IMG/VR virus record: IMGVR_UViG_3300011334_000293
Coordinates: 1-33,774 of that record
Source of the DNA: a virus
Taxonomy: Duplodnaviria; Caudoviricetes
Strand: one strand, 5' to 3'
Length of the DNA: 33,774 nt
The translations under genes and the position numbers were made by a program. The notes below the pieces were generated by a model that was not told the origin of the DNA, did not search any database, and worked only from the letters and a program-made list of their open reading frames with translations. Shown in pieces: positions 15,769 to 25,915 of the stretch (positions are counted from its first letter, which is position 1; each line of letters starts with the position of its first letter).

Positions 15769-17597
15769 TGGCAGATGCTTTAATATTTGAGTTTGGTGCG
15801 AAAGTAGATGAGTTTAATGCAGCTATTTCAGATGTTATAAAAGAAGTTAAAGACCTTAAAACAATACTTACTTCTACTGCATCTGAAGTTCCAAAATTAA
15901 ATGATCAAATATCTTCATTAGAAACAAATTTAACAAAAACAAAAAACACTGCAACTCCTACTGCAACCGCTTTTACAAAAGTAGAGGATAGTGCGAAAGG
16001 GGCAAGAATAGCATTAACAAATGTTAGTCAAATTGCTCAAGACTTACCATTTGGATTTATTGGTATTCAAAATAATATTCCAGGTCTTGTTCAATCATTT
16101 GGCAAACTTGCCGGTGAGTCAGGTGGCGCAGTAGCAGCACTTAAAGCAATGGGCGGTGCATTGATTGGCCCAGCAGGTATATTTCTTGCATTTAGTGTTG
16201 TGACTGCTGCAACAACTGGCTTAATTACAAAATATGGTTCTTTAGGTGCTGCATTGGAAGCATTAATAGGCAAAACAAACCTATTAGCAAAAGCACAAAA
16301 AGATTTTAATAAAGAGTTATCTCAATCAGTTGGCTCAACTGCAACTGAATCATTAGAAATAGGAATTTTAACAAAGACCTTATTAGACTTAGACAAACCA
16401 CTTAAGGATAGACAAGCTGCTTACGTAGAACTTAAAAAGATTAGTCCGGATGTACTTGCAGGAATTTCTGCTGAAAGCATCGCTACCGGTAAGTACACAG
16501 ATTTGCTTTTAGGCAATGTTACTGCAATTCAATCATTGATATTTTTAAAAGCAAAAGAGGCTGCGTTAAGCACATTAATCAATAAGAATGTTGCAGAACA
16601 AACTGCATTAGAGTTAGAAAGACCTGCATTAATTGCTAAATTGACTGCTGCCCAAAATGCTAACACAATAGCAAGGCAGAAAGGATTTGATGCAACTAAG
16701 ACATTTGGTACAATAATAGACCAAGAAGCACTTGCTTTACAATCAGCACAAGAAGCTTATGCAGCAAACGTAAAAGCATTTAATAACCTTATTCCGGCTT
16801 ACAAAGAGTTTGAAAAGACATTAATACCAACTGTAAATGGTATTGCTGCTATTGATTTAAGAACAAAGCAGTTAACTGAAAGTCTTAAAGAGCAAGAAAA
16901 AGTAATAAAAGCTCCAAAAGCAAAAGCAGCTAAAGAAAAAAAGGGATTAGATATTCTTGATCTTGAAAGAAAAGCAAGGATTGCTGCACAAAAACTTCAA
17001 GAACAAGCTGATAAAAATAGATTAAGGTTTTTAAATGAACAGTTAAAAGCAGAGCAAAAGTTAACAAAGGAGTTTTTTAATCAGCAAGATGCAATCATGA
17101 ACGCTGATGCAAAAGCGTTTACTAAACAAAATCTTGGTTCATTTGGTTTTTTAGATATTGAACTTATACAAGAAAACTTAAATAATGCAAAAATGGCTTT
17201 CTTTAAAGCCTATGAAGATTTAAATTCAATATTTTTTCAGCCATTACAATCATTGTTTGACACTTTAATAACTACAGGTGTTTTAAATTTTCAAGCTTTT
17301 GGAGATGCAGTTTTAAAAACACTTAGTCAAATTGCATCTAAAATTATAACTTCCGGCATTTTAAAACTTTTAGCAAGTTTAGTTACTGGCGGTGCAGCCG
17401 GAGTTGCAAGTGCAGGACTTGCAGCAGTTGGAACACAAGGTTTAGCTGCTTTTTTGGGTGGTGGTGGAACTGCCAACTTTGGAGGAGTTCAAGGTGGTGG
17501 AATGGGGATGAGTGGAAGCGTTAATTTAACTTTGAGGGGAACAGACTTAGTGGGTGCAATAAATAGAACAAACACACAAATTTCAAGAGTTGGCTGA
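15768..17597 (+). CDS. Tape measure protein (609 aa)
   Basis: Ala/Leu/Lys-rich helical protein; QDLPFGFIGIQNNI motif; Gly-rich C-terminus with LRGTDL. Confidence 0.9.
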   Translation: MADALIFEFGAKVDEFNAAISDVIKEVKDLKTILTSTASEVPKLNDQISSLETNLTKTKNTATPTATAFTKVEDSAKGARIALTNVSQIAQDLPFGFIGIQNNIPGLVQSFGKLAGESGGAVAALKAMGGALIGPAGIFLAFSVVTAATTGLITKYGSLGAALEALIGKTNLLAKAQKDFNKELSQSVGSTATESLEIGILTKTLLDLDKPLKDRQAAYVELKKISPDVLAGISAESIATGKYTDLLLGNVTAIQSLIFLKAKEAALSTLINKNVAEQTALELERPALIAKLTAAQNANTIARQKGFDATKTFGTIIDQEALALQSAQEAYAANVKAFNNLIPAYKEFEKTLIPTVNGIAAIDLRTKQLTESLKEQEKVIKAPKAKAAKEKKGLDILDLERKARIAAQKLQEQADKNRLRFLNEQLKAEQKLTKEFFNQQDAIMNADAKAFTKQNLGSFGFLDIELIQENLNNAKMAFFKAYEDLNSIFFQPLQSLFDTLITTGVLNFQAFGDAVLKTLSQIASKIITSGILKLLASLVTGGAAGVASAGLAAVGTQGLAAFLGGGGTANFGGVQGGGMGMSGSVNLTLRGTDLVGAINRTNTQISRVG

Positions 17598-20004
17598 GAA
17601 ATATAGAATAGAATTTAAGTCAAGGGAAAACCAGGACTGCATTGTCAGATTTGACTTTGCAGGATATAGTGGCAGCTCTACTACGTTAATAGGAGCTGAC
17701 AGACCTTTTGTTCTTGGTGAATTTAATACTGATGAGAATTGGTTTAAGTCAACAAGACCACTTGAAGCTACCATTAACATCGTTACAAATCTAAGCGGTG
17801 TGGCAATGGAGAACTTTTTGGTTGATGATGATGCCGGTATCACAGTTTACTTTGATTTTGGCACTTGGGGGAATTATTGGATTGGGTGGGTGTTGCAAGA
17901 CAACTTCCAAGAGGTCTGGCAAGACACATATCATGTATTGACAATAAAAGCATCTGATGGGATAGGCAAGTTGGCCGATGTTCCATTTACGGATAATAGT
18001 GGCAATGAATTGATAGGTACTTTTACTCCTTATCAGTTCATCCAGTATGCGATGTACAAGACTCCTCAAACTTTTATTAATTCAAGGATTATCAACAACT
18101 TGTTTAATACATCAATGACAAGTGGCGCAACTTATATGCCACTTGACCAATGTTATTTGGATGCAAAGACATTTCAAAAACAAGTTGATGTTTATGATGA
18201 CTCACTAACTGTTCTCAATAAAATAAATACTGCATTTAATCAAACTGTTTTCTTCTATAAAAATAGATGGCACATTGTTAGATTGGAGGAGTTATATGCT
18301 TCAACACTTATCAACCTTGTTGGATTTACAAATAGTTTAGCCGGAAGAACATCATTTACTAAAAGGTATGATGCCGAGGTTTCTGCTACAAGCTCTATCA
18401 AGCAGATTTCTGCTGAGATGCTTAGATACATAGTAAGAAAAACAAAGAAAGATACAATTACATTTAACTACAATCAGTTCAATGAGGTGTTGTGTAATGA
18501 GTCATTCTCAAGGGGTGCATTGACATCTTCTTCTTCCTCATTGATACAATATCAATTAAACCAATGGCTAAGAGAGTTTGGGTTAATTGGAAGTCCAACA
18601 AATGCTTCAACCGGCTTTGGAAGAAATGAAGAATATGATACAAATGGGCAGCTAACGGATAATTATGCTTATTGCGATTCTCAATTAAGTAGTTTGTGTT
18701 GGCTCAGATCATGTAGTGTAAATATTTTAGCAAAAGAGAAATTTACTTTAACTTTTGAGCATAAATATCAAGTTGGTTTTTCTGGTACTGCGGTTCAAGG
18801 TGTAGCTATTGTTATGCTTTATGGAACTACAAATAATTACACATTAGACGACGATGGTTCATGGAATTTATCAAATGCATCATGGACTACCAACATAAAG
18901 CAGTTGCAAATTTACTACAATGGCACAACTGGATTAATTCCTACTGATTATCAAACATTAAATATAAATGCAGCTCCGTTCCCAGAAAATGGGTATATAA
19001 ATTTACTTTTACTTGCTCCGGACTCATCTTTGGCCGGAACAAATAGCAAGAGATTTAATAGTCTTAAGGTTGACATAATCAATCCATTCAATGGGTACAA
19101 TAGCAAGTCAATCACCGGCATTCAATCCATTTACATTAAGCCATTAGATATTCGCAATGAGTTTGAGGATGAGATATTTGCTGATGATGCTTTTAGTAGG
19201 ATTTATAAAGGCACTTTATTAGAGTCAGACCAAATTACTCCAACTGCTCCAACTTGGTTTAGGCAAAGATTTAATAGTGAGTCATTTGGCTTTAGAAGGC
19301 AAAATGATACTGCGCATTGGGAACATAATAGGTTTAATCGCAATAAGATAGATTGCAACTTTTACGGATTGACATGGGACGATGCCGGTACTACCGAGCC
19401 TATTGGTTTGATAAACACAATAGTATTTCCGGACGATGATCCTCAAAAAGTTTATGGCATTTTAAACTTAAAGGAAATTGACTTTAGCAATAGCACATGG
19501 AGTGCTACACTTATTGAGTTGTTTGATGAGGATAAAGACCAGGATGGCGGTACAATTACTAAGTACCTTGATGTAAATGCCACTACCGGTACGTTTAACT
19601 CTCTTGTTTATGCAAAATTAACTATTGTAACTCCTGCTGACTTTACACTAAATAGTAATTTAGATCAGCTTACTTACAATGGATTAGCTTCGATAACGAT
19701 TCCAATTACTGCGATATTAAATGGATTTATAAATTCTAATTCATCAAGTCCGGTAACAATAACACTAAGGAAAAATACTACAATTATTGCTACTTCAACA
19801 ATTACTGTACCTTCAAATCCTTTTCCATTTAGCGCAAACTTAAATGTGGCAAGTGTAACAATTGCTCCAGGTGATTTGTTGTTTATTCAATACTCTGCAA
19901 ACATTACTCAAATTCTTATAAATGGAGGAGGAATTGATTTGAACTATAATGTGACTACTCCATTTACCTACAATACTTATAAAGATAAATTTATATACGG
20001 ATAA
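17590..20004 (+). CDS. Tail tip/baseplate hub-like structural protein
   Basis: 804 aa directly after the tape measure gene, beta-rich, TTG start overlapping its end. Confidence 0.7.
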   Translation: MAEKYRIEFKSRENQDCIVRFDFAGYSGSSTTLIGADRPFVLGEFNTDENWFKSTRPLEATINIVTNLSGVAMENFLVDDDAGITVYFDFGTWGNYWIGWVLQDNFQEVWQDTYHVLTIKASDGIGKLADVPFTDNSGNELIGTFTPYQFIQYAMYKTPQTFINSRIINNLFNTSMTSGATYMPLDQCYLDAKTFQKQVDVYDDSLTVLNKINTAFNQTVFFYKNRWHIVRLEELYASTLINLVGFTNSLAGRTSFTKRYDAEVSATSSIKQISAEMLRYIVRKTKKDTITFNYNQFNEVLCNESFSRGALTSSSSSLIQYQLNQWLREFGLIGSPTNASTGFGRNEEYDTNGQLTDNYAYCDSQLSSLCWLRSCSVNILAKEKFTLTFEHKYQVGFSGTAVQGVAIVMLYGTTNNYTLDDDGSWNLSNASWTTNIKQLQIYYNGTTGLIPTDYQTLNINAAPFPENGYINLLLLAPDSSLAGTNSKRFNSLKVDIINPFNGYNSKSITGIQSIYIKPLDIRNEFEDEIFADDAFSRIYKGTLLESDQITPTAPTWFRQRFNSESFGFRRQNDTAHWEHNRFNRNKIDCNFYGLTWDDAGTTEPIGLINTIVFPDDDPQKVYGILNLKEIDFSNSTWSATLIELFDEDKDQDGGTITKYLDVNATTGTFNSLVYAKLTIVTPADFTLNSNLDQLTYNGLASITIPITAILNGFINSNSSSPVTITLRKNTTIIATSTITVPSNPFPFSANLNVASVTIAPGDLLFIQYSANITQILINGGGIDLNYNVTTPFTYNTYKDKFIYG

Positions 20005-20006
20005 TT

Positions 20007-20627
20007 ATGGCAGATGCAGTAAAAACAGAGGGGTTAGTTTTGGCTATTAATGATGGTACTAATATCTATCCATTTGCTTGTGCAAAAAATGCCACGCTAA
20101 CAATTACGAGCGATTTCTTGGAACTTGCGCCCAAGACTAACGCAATGTATAGAGAATTTATCCCAAATAGAAAAGGATTTACTTTAAGTGGTACCGGACT
20201 AATAAAATTGGATCAGGCAATAAAACAAGCATTTGGTTTCTTCAATGACTTTATTTTGGGCAATGATGTATCTTATACTGCGTATATTGACATTATTGAT
20301 GACCAAAATAATTATAAAGCATACGAAATGTTGTGCTTTATCACCGAGTTAAGTCTTGAGTCGGCATTTGGATCAAACCCATCATATTCTTTCAGCCTTC
20401 AAGGAACTGGCCCATTAACTCAGATAACCGAGAATGATACTTTGACTGTTACAAGTGGGAAGATTACCGGAAGAAACCCTGCTACATATAGACTTGTTGC
20501 GGTAGGTTACGGAGGAGTATGGTTTTATAATTATGTTGTAACTTCGCCAAGTGCCGGAGTGTATGAAATCATCATGGGTACTTCGCTCAATGGCACTTCA
20601 GTAAAAGCAATCTATAAAACTTTATAA
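20007..20627 (+). CDS. Second tail-tube-fold protein
   Basis: FACAKNATLTITSDFLE..PKT...YREFIPNRKGFTLSGTGL and FITELSL...SYSFSLQGTG resemble TP901-1-type tube proteins. Confidence 0.6.
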   Translation: MADAVKTEGLVLAINDGTNIYPFACAKNATLTITSDFLELAPKTNAMYREFIPNRKGFTLSGTGLIKLDQAIKQAFGFFNDFILGNDVSYTAYIDIIDDQNNYKAYEMLCFITELSLESAFGSNPSYSFSLQGTGPLTQITENDTLTVTSGKITGRNPATYRLVAVGYGGVWFYNYVVTSPSAGVYEIIMGTSLNGTSVKAIYKTL

Positions 20628-20628
20628 A

Positions 20629-20967
20629 ATGGTAAGTGAACATAACATAAGACCGATAAGAAGAGGTGATACATTTATCTGGCCATTGGAATTTTATGAA
20701 GATGAGTGCGAAGAAATACCGGTTGATGTAAGCAATTATGTTTTTAAGCTACAAGCTAAAAATGCTGCCGGTGTTGTTCAGTTTACATGGAACAATTCAG
20801 ACTTTTTGTCTTTGGCAATAAATAAAAGGACTGTGACTCTTTCCTCCCTTACAACTGTTGATTATGTTGTGGGCGAGTATATTTATGATTTACAAGTAAG
20901 TACCTTAACTGGTATTTATACTTGGATGCAAGGTTATATATATGTTGAACAACAAATAACAAGCTGA
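20629..20967 (+). CDS. Baseplate upper protein (BppU N-terminal)-like Ig-fold protein
   Basis: IRRGDTF...YIYDLQV...QG pattern. Confidence 0.65.
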   Translation: MVSEHNIRPIRRGDTFIWPLEFYEDECEEIPVDVSNYVFKLQAKNAAGVVQFTWNNSDFLSLAINKRTVTLSSLTTVDYVVGEYIYDLQVSTLTGIYTWMQGYIYVEQQITS

Positions 20968-23183
20968 TGATTATCAAAGTAAATTATAGTGTTACTGATA
21001 TTTACATGAGTACATCGGTATCTCCGGTTTATGTGAAAGTAGTGTATAGTGGCAATGCTGCCGTTGCAGGAGTGTGGGGAACAATTACCGGCACATTATC
21101 ATCTCAAACTGATTTACAAAATGCTTTAAATGCTAAAGTCCCAACATCTCGCATCCTTACCATCAACGGGGTTTCATTTGACCTATCAGCTAATAGAGCA
21201 TGGACATTAGGCACAGTAACCTCAGTAGGCTTATCAATGCCAAATGCTTTTGGTGTTGCAAATAGTCCTATAACTTCAAGCGGAACATTGGCAGTTACTG
21301 CTTTGGGAACTGCATCTCAATACATTCGTGGGGATGGAGCACTCGCAACATTCCCAGGTACTGCAAGCGGTGGTAGTGCTGTATCATATTACTTGAATGG
21401 CGGTACTTCTGCATCGGTTGCAACATATTTTCAAATGTCCAAAACTGCGGTATTGGGTGCTGCTGCTGATTTTAACTTGGTTGGAAATGGATTGATTGCG
21501 CAATTCTTAACCGATGTTGCAGATCCAAATAGGCTTGAAATCCCCGCTGGGAATTGGAATTTCGAATTATATTTTAACATTTCATCTAGCGGTGGGAATA
21601 CTGCATTTTACGTAGAACTACTTAAATATAACGGCAGTACATTTACTTCGATTGCATCAAGTGTTGGAACGCCTGAAACAATTACGGGAGGGACATTAAT
21701 AGACCTCTATTTGACATCATTGGCAATTCCTCAGACTACTTTACTTGCTAGTGATAGGCTCGCCTTAAGAGTTTACATTGTCAGTAATAGTGGTGGCAGG
21801 ACAGTTACACTTCATACACAAAATGGGCATTTATGCGAAATTATCACAAATTTTGCAGGTGGTGTTTCAGCCTTAAACGGAATTACTGCAAACACGCAAT
21901 ACTTCGCAACTGGAACAAGTGGAACAAATTTCGGTATTGTCTCAAGTGGTGATACGCATACATTCAATCTACCAACTGCATCAGCAACAAATAGAGGTGC
22001 TTTGAGTTCTGCGGATTGGACTACATTTAATTCTAAAGTTCCAACCTCACGCACACTTACTATTAATGGTACTACGTTTGATTTGTCGGCTGATAGGTCA
22101 TGGACAATAGCAGCAGGAATAACGGGCAGCGGTGTTGCAAATCAGTTGACCTATTGGAATGGTACGGGTAGTGTTACGGGGAGTAGTGCGTTAACTTATG
22201 TTGATTCTACGGGTGCATTTGCATTGAGTAAAAGTCAAAATAATCCTACTGCAATTAATATAACCAATGCTACAAGTGGAACAAGTGGAAGGGCAGGTAT
22301 TTCGTTGATTAGTAATACTGCAAGCGGACAATTTACACTACAAAAATATTCTACTTTACACACTGCTTATAAAATAAATCTTGCAACGGATGCGATTCTT
22401 TACAACGATACTGCTGGTGACATTTCCATACTTAATGATTTTTCAACAGGTAAAATAAAGTTTGCTTCGGGTGGCTCATCAACTGCTCAAATGACCTTAA
22501 CCGCAGCAGGGCGATTATTGTTGGGAACAACGACTGAATCAACGTATATACTTGATGTCAACGGAACTGCAAGGGTGAGTGGGGGGGTAACAATAACTGA
22601 AGGAATCAACACATTAAAGTCAGTTGGTGCATTTAATATAAATTATAATGTATCACAAGCATTTGCAATTTGGTACGGAGCAACTGCTGCTTTAGCAATA
22701 GGTCAAAATACTGTTGATGGTGTAGGAATAACTCAAGTTAGCGGAACAACGTATGCCTTACACTCAAAAGGCATTAGCAAAATATCATCTTTAATTCTTG
22801 ATAATTCAAATAACATATACCCTGCATCGGGTACATTAAACCTTAATTTTCCTAACCCAAATGATGCGTATATTTATGGTGGTAGTACAATAAGATTGGC
22901 AGTTTTTAATACTAGTGGTAACGTAGGTGTAGGTAATTCAAATACTGATATAGCATCAGCAATACTTCACGCATCCTCCACCACCAAAGGCTTCCTACCT
23001 CCTCGAATGACCGCTGCCGAGCGTAGTGCCATATCTGCTGCAACGGGGTTAATTGTGTATCAAACTGATGGGACTGAGGGACTATACGAAAAAACATCAA
23101 GTGCGTGGAGAATTATAAATGGTGGTGGAGGTGGCTCAGTTGATGAATTACAAGTTGCATTAATTTCACAAGTTTACGGATAA
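20967..23183 (+). CDS. Tail fibre protein
   Basis: G/S/T-rich; WGTITGTLSSQTDLQNAL, duplicated VPTSR.LTING..FDLSA.R.WT, KGFLPPRMT motif. Confidence 0.85.
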   Translation: MIIKVNYSVTDIYMSTSVSPVYVKVVYSGNAAVAGVWGTITGTLSSQTDLQNALNAKVPTSRILTINGVSFDLSANRAWTLGTVTSVGLSMPNAFGVANSPITSSGTLAVTALGTASQYIRGDGALATFPGTASGGSAVSYYLNGGTSASVATYFQMSKTAVLGAAADFNLVGNGLIAQFLTDVADPNRLEIPAGNWNFELYFNISSSGGNTAFYVELLKYNGSTFTSIASSVGTPETITGGTLIDLYLTSLAIPQTTLLASDRLALRVYIVSNSGGRTVTLHTQNGHLCEIITNFAGGVSALNGITANTQYFATGTSGTNFGIVSSGDTHTFNLPTASATNRGALSSADWTTFNSKVPTSRTLTINGTTFDLSADRSWTIAAGITGSGVANQLTYWNGTGSVTGSSALTYVDSTGAFALSKSQNNPTAINITNATSGTSGRAGISLISNTASGQFTLQKYSTLHTAYKINLATDAILYNDTAGDISILNDFSTGKIKFASGGSSTAQMTLTAAGRLLLGTTTESTYILDVNGTARVSGGVTITEGINTLKSVGAFNINYNVSQAFAIWYGATAALAIGQNTVDGVGITQVSGTTYALHSKGISKISSLILDNSNNIYPASGTLNLNFPNPNDAYIYGGSTIRLAVFNTSGNVGVGNSNTDIASAILHASSTTKGFLPPRMTAAERSAISAATGLIVYQTDGTEGLYEKTSSAWRIINGGGGGSVDELQVALISQVYG

Positions 23184-23199
23184 AATTAAAATATAAAAT

Positions 23200-23559
23200 A
23201 TGCCAATATCAAAAACATTATTAAGTGGTTCAACGGGTGGAATGCCTATAAAAGTTGTAGCAACTGCAACAACAGGAACAACGATTCACGCAACTGGAAT
23301 AAGTGCAAGTATTATTGATGAGGTATGGTTGTATGCAACAAACACAAGTACAGCATCAGTTAACCTGACTATTGAATTTGGTTCTACAACTGCTCCAGAC
23401 CAAAATATAATTCTTGCCATTCCTTCCAAAAGTGGATTAAGTATTTGTGTTGCAGGATTAACACTTGTCGGAACTGGTGCTGCTGCAAGAACAATCACTG
23501 CTTTTGCTTCAATAGCAAGTGCTATTAATATTGTTGGATATGTAAATAGGATTTCATAA
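23200..23559 (+). CDS. Small fibre-associated structural protein
   Basis: 119 aa, beta-rich; DEVWLYA motif; follows the fibre gene. Confidence 0.65.
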   Translation: MPISKTLLSGSTGGMPIKVVATATTGTTIHATGISASIIDEVWLYATNTSTASVNLTIEFGSTTAPDQNIILAIPSKSGLSICVAGLTLVGTGAAARTITAFASIASAINIVGYVNRIS

Positions 23560-24389
23560 TGAGTAGGTTTGATTTAAGAACAAGAAGTGGTCAAATTTCT
23601 GCAATAATTCAAGGACAAAGTGCATCATCATTTGATGCAGATGCAGAAGCATATTTTTTTAGGGTAGAAAGTGCTGGGGGGACATTGACTACAACTGAAA
23701 AAAATGCAGTTAATAATTTAGTATTAAGTTTGAAATCAAATGGAATTTGGACATTGATGTTAGCCATTTACCCAATGGTAGGTGCATCTGCTGCTGCTTG
23801 TGCGCAGAACTTAAAAAGTACATCATATACTGGAACTTTTACAAGTGGATGGACATTTGCATCAAACGGAGTAACACCAAATGGAACATCGGCATATATG
23901 AATACTGGACTTAATCCTGTTGCCGAAGGATTAACAAGTGGGAATTCTCACATGGCTTATTATGCAAGAACTGTTGCTACGGTTGCTGATCGCGCAGAAA
24001 TGGGAAATTTTGGCACTGGAGGTTTTTTACTACAAAGCATAACAAATAGTAGTTCGAATAGATTTTTTTTTACATTTGCATTAGCAGCAACAAGGTCGGT
24101 AGCAACTGCACCAATCGGATTAATGAGTGGTAGCGCAATCGCAAATACTCGTAGAGATTTATATCTTAATGGAATTAGTGTAGCAAATAATATATCAACT
24201 GATACCGCAAGTTTAGGTAATTATAATGTTTTTATTGGTGCAGCTAATTCAAACAATGCTGGTATTGTATTTCCAACAAATAGTCAATGTGCTTTTGCTT
24301 CAATAGGCAATGGATTAAGTTCTATACAAATGGCAAATTTATATACATCAGTTCAAGCATTTCAAACAAGTTTATCACGTAACGTATGA
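23559..24389 (+). CDS. Lectin/LamG-like virion protein, candidate receptor-binding protein
   Basis: DADAEAY...LKSNGIW...AIYP.VG N-terminus and a beta-sandwich-like body with LYLNG. Confidence 0.6.
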   Translation: MSRFDLRTRSGQISAIIQGQSASSFDADAEAYFFRVESAGGTLTTTEKNAVNNLVLSLKSNGIWTLMLAIYPMVGASAAACAQNLKSTSYTGTFTSGWTFASNGVTPNGTSAYMNTGLNPVAEGLTSGNSHMAYYARTVATVADRAEMGNFGTGGFLLQSITNSSSNRFFFTFALAATRSVATAPIGLMSGSAIANTRRDLYLNGISVANNISTDTASLGNYNVFIGAANSNNAGIVFPTNSQCAFASIGNGLSSIQMANLYTSVQAFQTSLSRNV

Positions 24390-24610
24390 TAGGATATATT
24401 TTAACATTAGAACAAAAAGATACAATTCAAGGGCAACAATATGCACCTTATCAAGATTTTAATTGCGTACAAGATATTAATGATGTATGGTTTACATTTC
24501 TTACCGATGATGATAAGCGTGCAATAATTGGAAGCCAATATGAATGGTTATTATCTTGTCCACAAGGCGAATATATTGCTCCTCCACCACCATTTAAAAA
24601 AACTTTATAA
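24386..24610 (+). CDS. Hypothetical fibre-associated protein
   Basis: 74 aa, ATGA overlap with the upstream gene. Confidence 0.7.
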   Translation: MIGYILTLEQKDTIQGQQYAPYQDFNCVQDINDVWFTFLTDDDKRAIIGSQYEWLLSCPQGEYIAPPPPFKKTL

Positions 24611-24612
24611 AT

Positions 24613-24888
24613 ATGAAACAAATCGAACCAGTCCAAATTTGGACAAACGGAGTTAGCAAGACTGCGGAGTTTTTAAACGCAAATGGCATTAACCTAACAT
24701 TGGGAGTATCTGAAAAGTTTGAATGGCTATTATATACCAAAGTAACTGATGCAGAAGGTAACGAATCGGCAGGAGAATGTATCGCAAATGGTAATTTAAC
24801 AATGGAAGGAGCATACTACCAAGCATGGCAACAAGATTCTTTTGCTTGGGAATGGGTTGCAAGTCAACTTAACTTAGTAATTTTGTAA
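24613..24888 (+). CDS. Hypothetical fibre-associated protein
   Basis: 91 aa, tight operon spacing. Confidence 0.7.
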   Translation: MKQIEPVQIWTNGVSKTAEFLNANGINLTLGVSEKFEWLLYTKVTDAEGNESAGECIANGNLTMEGAYYQAWQQDSFAWEWVASQLNLVIL

Positions 24889-24898
24889 AAAACACAAT

Positions 24899-25039
24899 AT
24901 GACTTTAATCGAATTGAAAAGTATGGCTTATGATTGCCTTGCAAACATCGAACATTTGCAAAAGAAGTTACAAGAAATCAACCAAGCAATCGCAGAGAAA
25001 ATAAAAGAAGAACAATCAACAACTGATGTCAATGGATAG
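24899..25039 (+). CDS. Small coiled-coil protein, 46 aa (not in ORF track)
   Basis: MTLIELKSMAYDCLANIEHLQKKLQEINQAIAEKIKEEQSTTDVNG fills the gap in the operon. Confidence 0.65.
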   Translation: MTLIELKSMAYDCLANIEHLQKKLQEINQAIAEKIKEEQSTTDVNG

Positions 25040-25247
25040 TATACAATTCATTCTTGATAGGCTTGAAGCCATTGATAAGAAATTCGATGATAAATTGGAT
25101 GCGATATTAATCCAAACAACCAAAACGAATGGCAGGGTTTCCTCACTTGAAGATTGGCGAAAACATATCTATAAAATAGTTTGGTCGATTGTGGGTATCA
25201 TAGCAACTATCATCGGTTTTTACATTGAGAAACAAATAAATAAATAA
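25026..25247 (+). CDS. Coiled-coil plus single-TM lysis-region protein (holin/XhlA-like)
   Basis: TNGRVSSLEDWR followed by hydrophobic IVWSIVGIIATIIGFYI. Confidence 0.6.
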   Translation: MSMDSIQFILDRLEAIDKKFDDKLDAILIQTTKTNGRVSSLEDWRKHIYKIVWSIVGIIATIIGFYIEKQINK

Positions 25248-25248
25248 T

Positions 25249-25482
25249 ATGAACTTTTCAGGATTTTTCAGTTTGAACTTAAGAGATGCTTTGAATGGCT
25301 TTTTAATTGCGTTTTTGACTGCGTTTTTAACTGCGGTATCTTCTGCTTTAAGTAGTGGTAGTTTGCCATTGTTATCTGATTTGAAAACCTTTGCACTGAT
25401 TGGAATTACTGCTGGGGTGAGTTACATCACGAAGAACTTACTTACCAATAACGAAGGTGAACTTTTGAAAAAAGATGCGTAA
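25249..25482 (+). CDS. Putative holin (two TM segments)
   Basis: 77 aa, two hydrophobic stretches, charged C-terminus, in the lysis cluster. Confidence 0.65.
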   Translation: MNFSGFFSLNLRDALNGFLIAFLTAFLTAVSSALSSGSLPLLSDLKTFALIGITAGVSYITKNLLTNNEGELLKKDA

Positions 25483-25915
25483 ACTTTTACTCATAATTAT
25501 TTTGTTCGGATGCAATCCAGTTAAGCAAGTTCTTAGGAATCCTGAGAAGTTCAACCAGGTTGCTGCTGAGGTTGTCCGCAGAGGGATGTGCGCGAATGAT
25601 ACATTGTTGATTGTGAAGTCTGATACCATAGTAATGGTTGACTCGCTGATTGAGGTCTACTCAGATACCACGATTATAAATGATACTGCGTACATTACCC
25701 TGTGGAATAATCGAAATTTCTTTAAGACATTTACTATACATGATACACTTCGCTCAGTCATTGTAGATAATGCTCGTGTTAGCTTATTACAAGCTGATTT
25801 AGACATGATTACTAAGCAGTCAGGAGAATATAAGCAGAACGCAACAAAGCGTTTATATTGGTTTATTATTGCTTGTGCGGTAATTCTATTTTTAATACTT
25901 TATAAGATTAAATGA
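25475..25915 (+). CDS. Lipoprotein with C-terminal TM, putative unimolecular spanin
   Basis: MRKLLLIIILFG-C lipobox; C-terminal LYWFIIACAVILFLILY-KIK. Confidence 0.65.
   Translation: MRKLLLIIILFGCNPVKQVLRNPEKFNQVAAEVVRRGMCANDTLLIVKSDTIVMVDSLIEVYSDTTIINDTAYITLWNNRNFFKTFTIHDTLRSVIVDNARVSLLQADLDMITKQSGEYKQNATKRLYWFIIACAVILFLILYKIK

Noticed and set aside
20967-24389. Diversity-generating retroelement or invertible fibre cassette
   Set aside because: No reverse transcriptase or invertase; the duplicated motif differs at many non-adenine synonymous positions.
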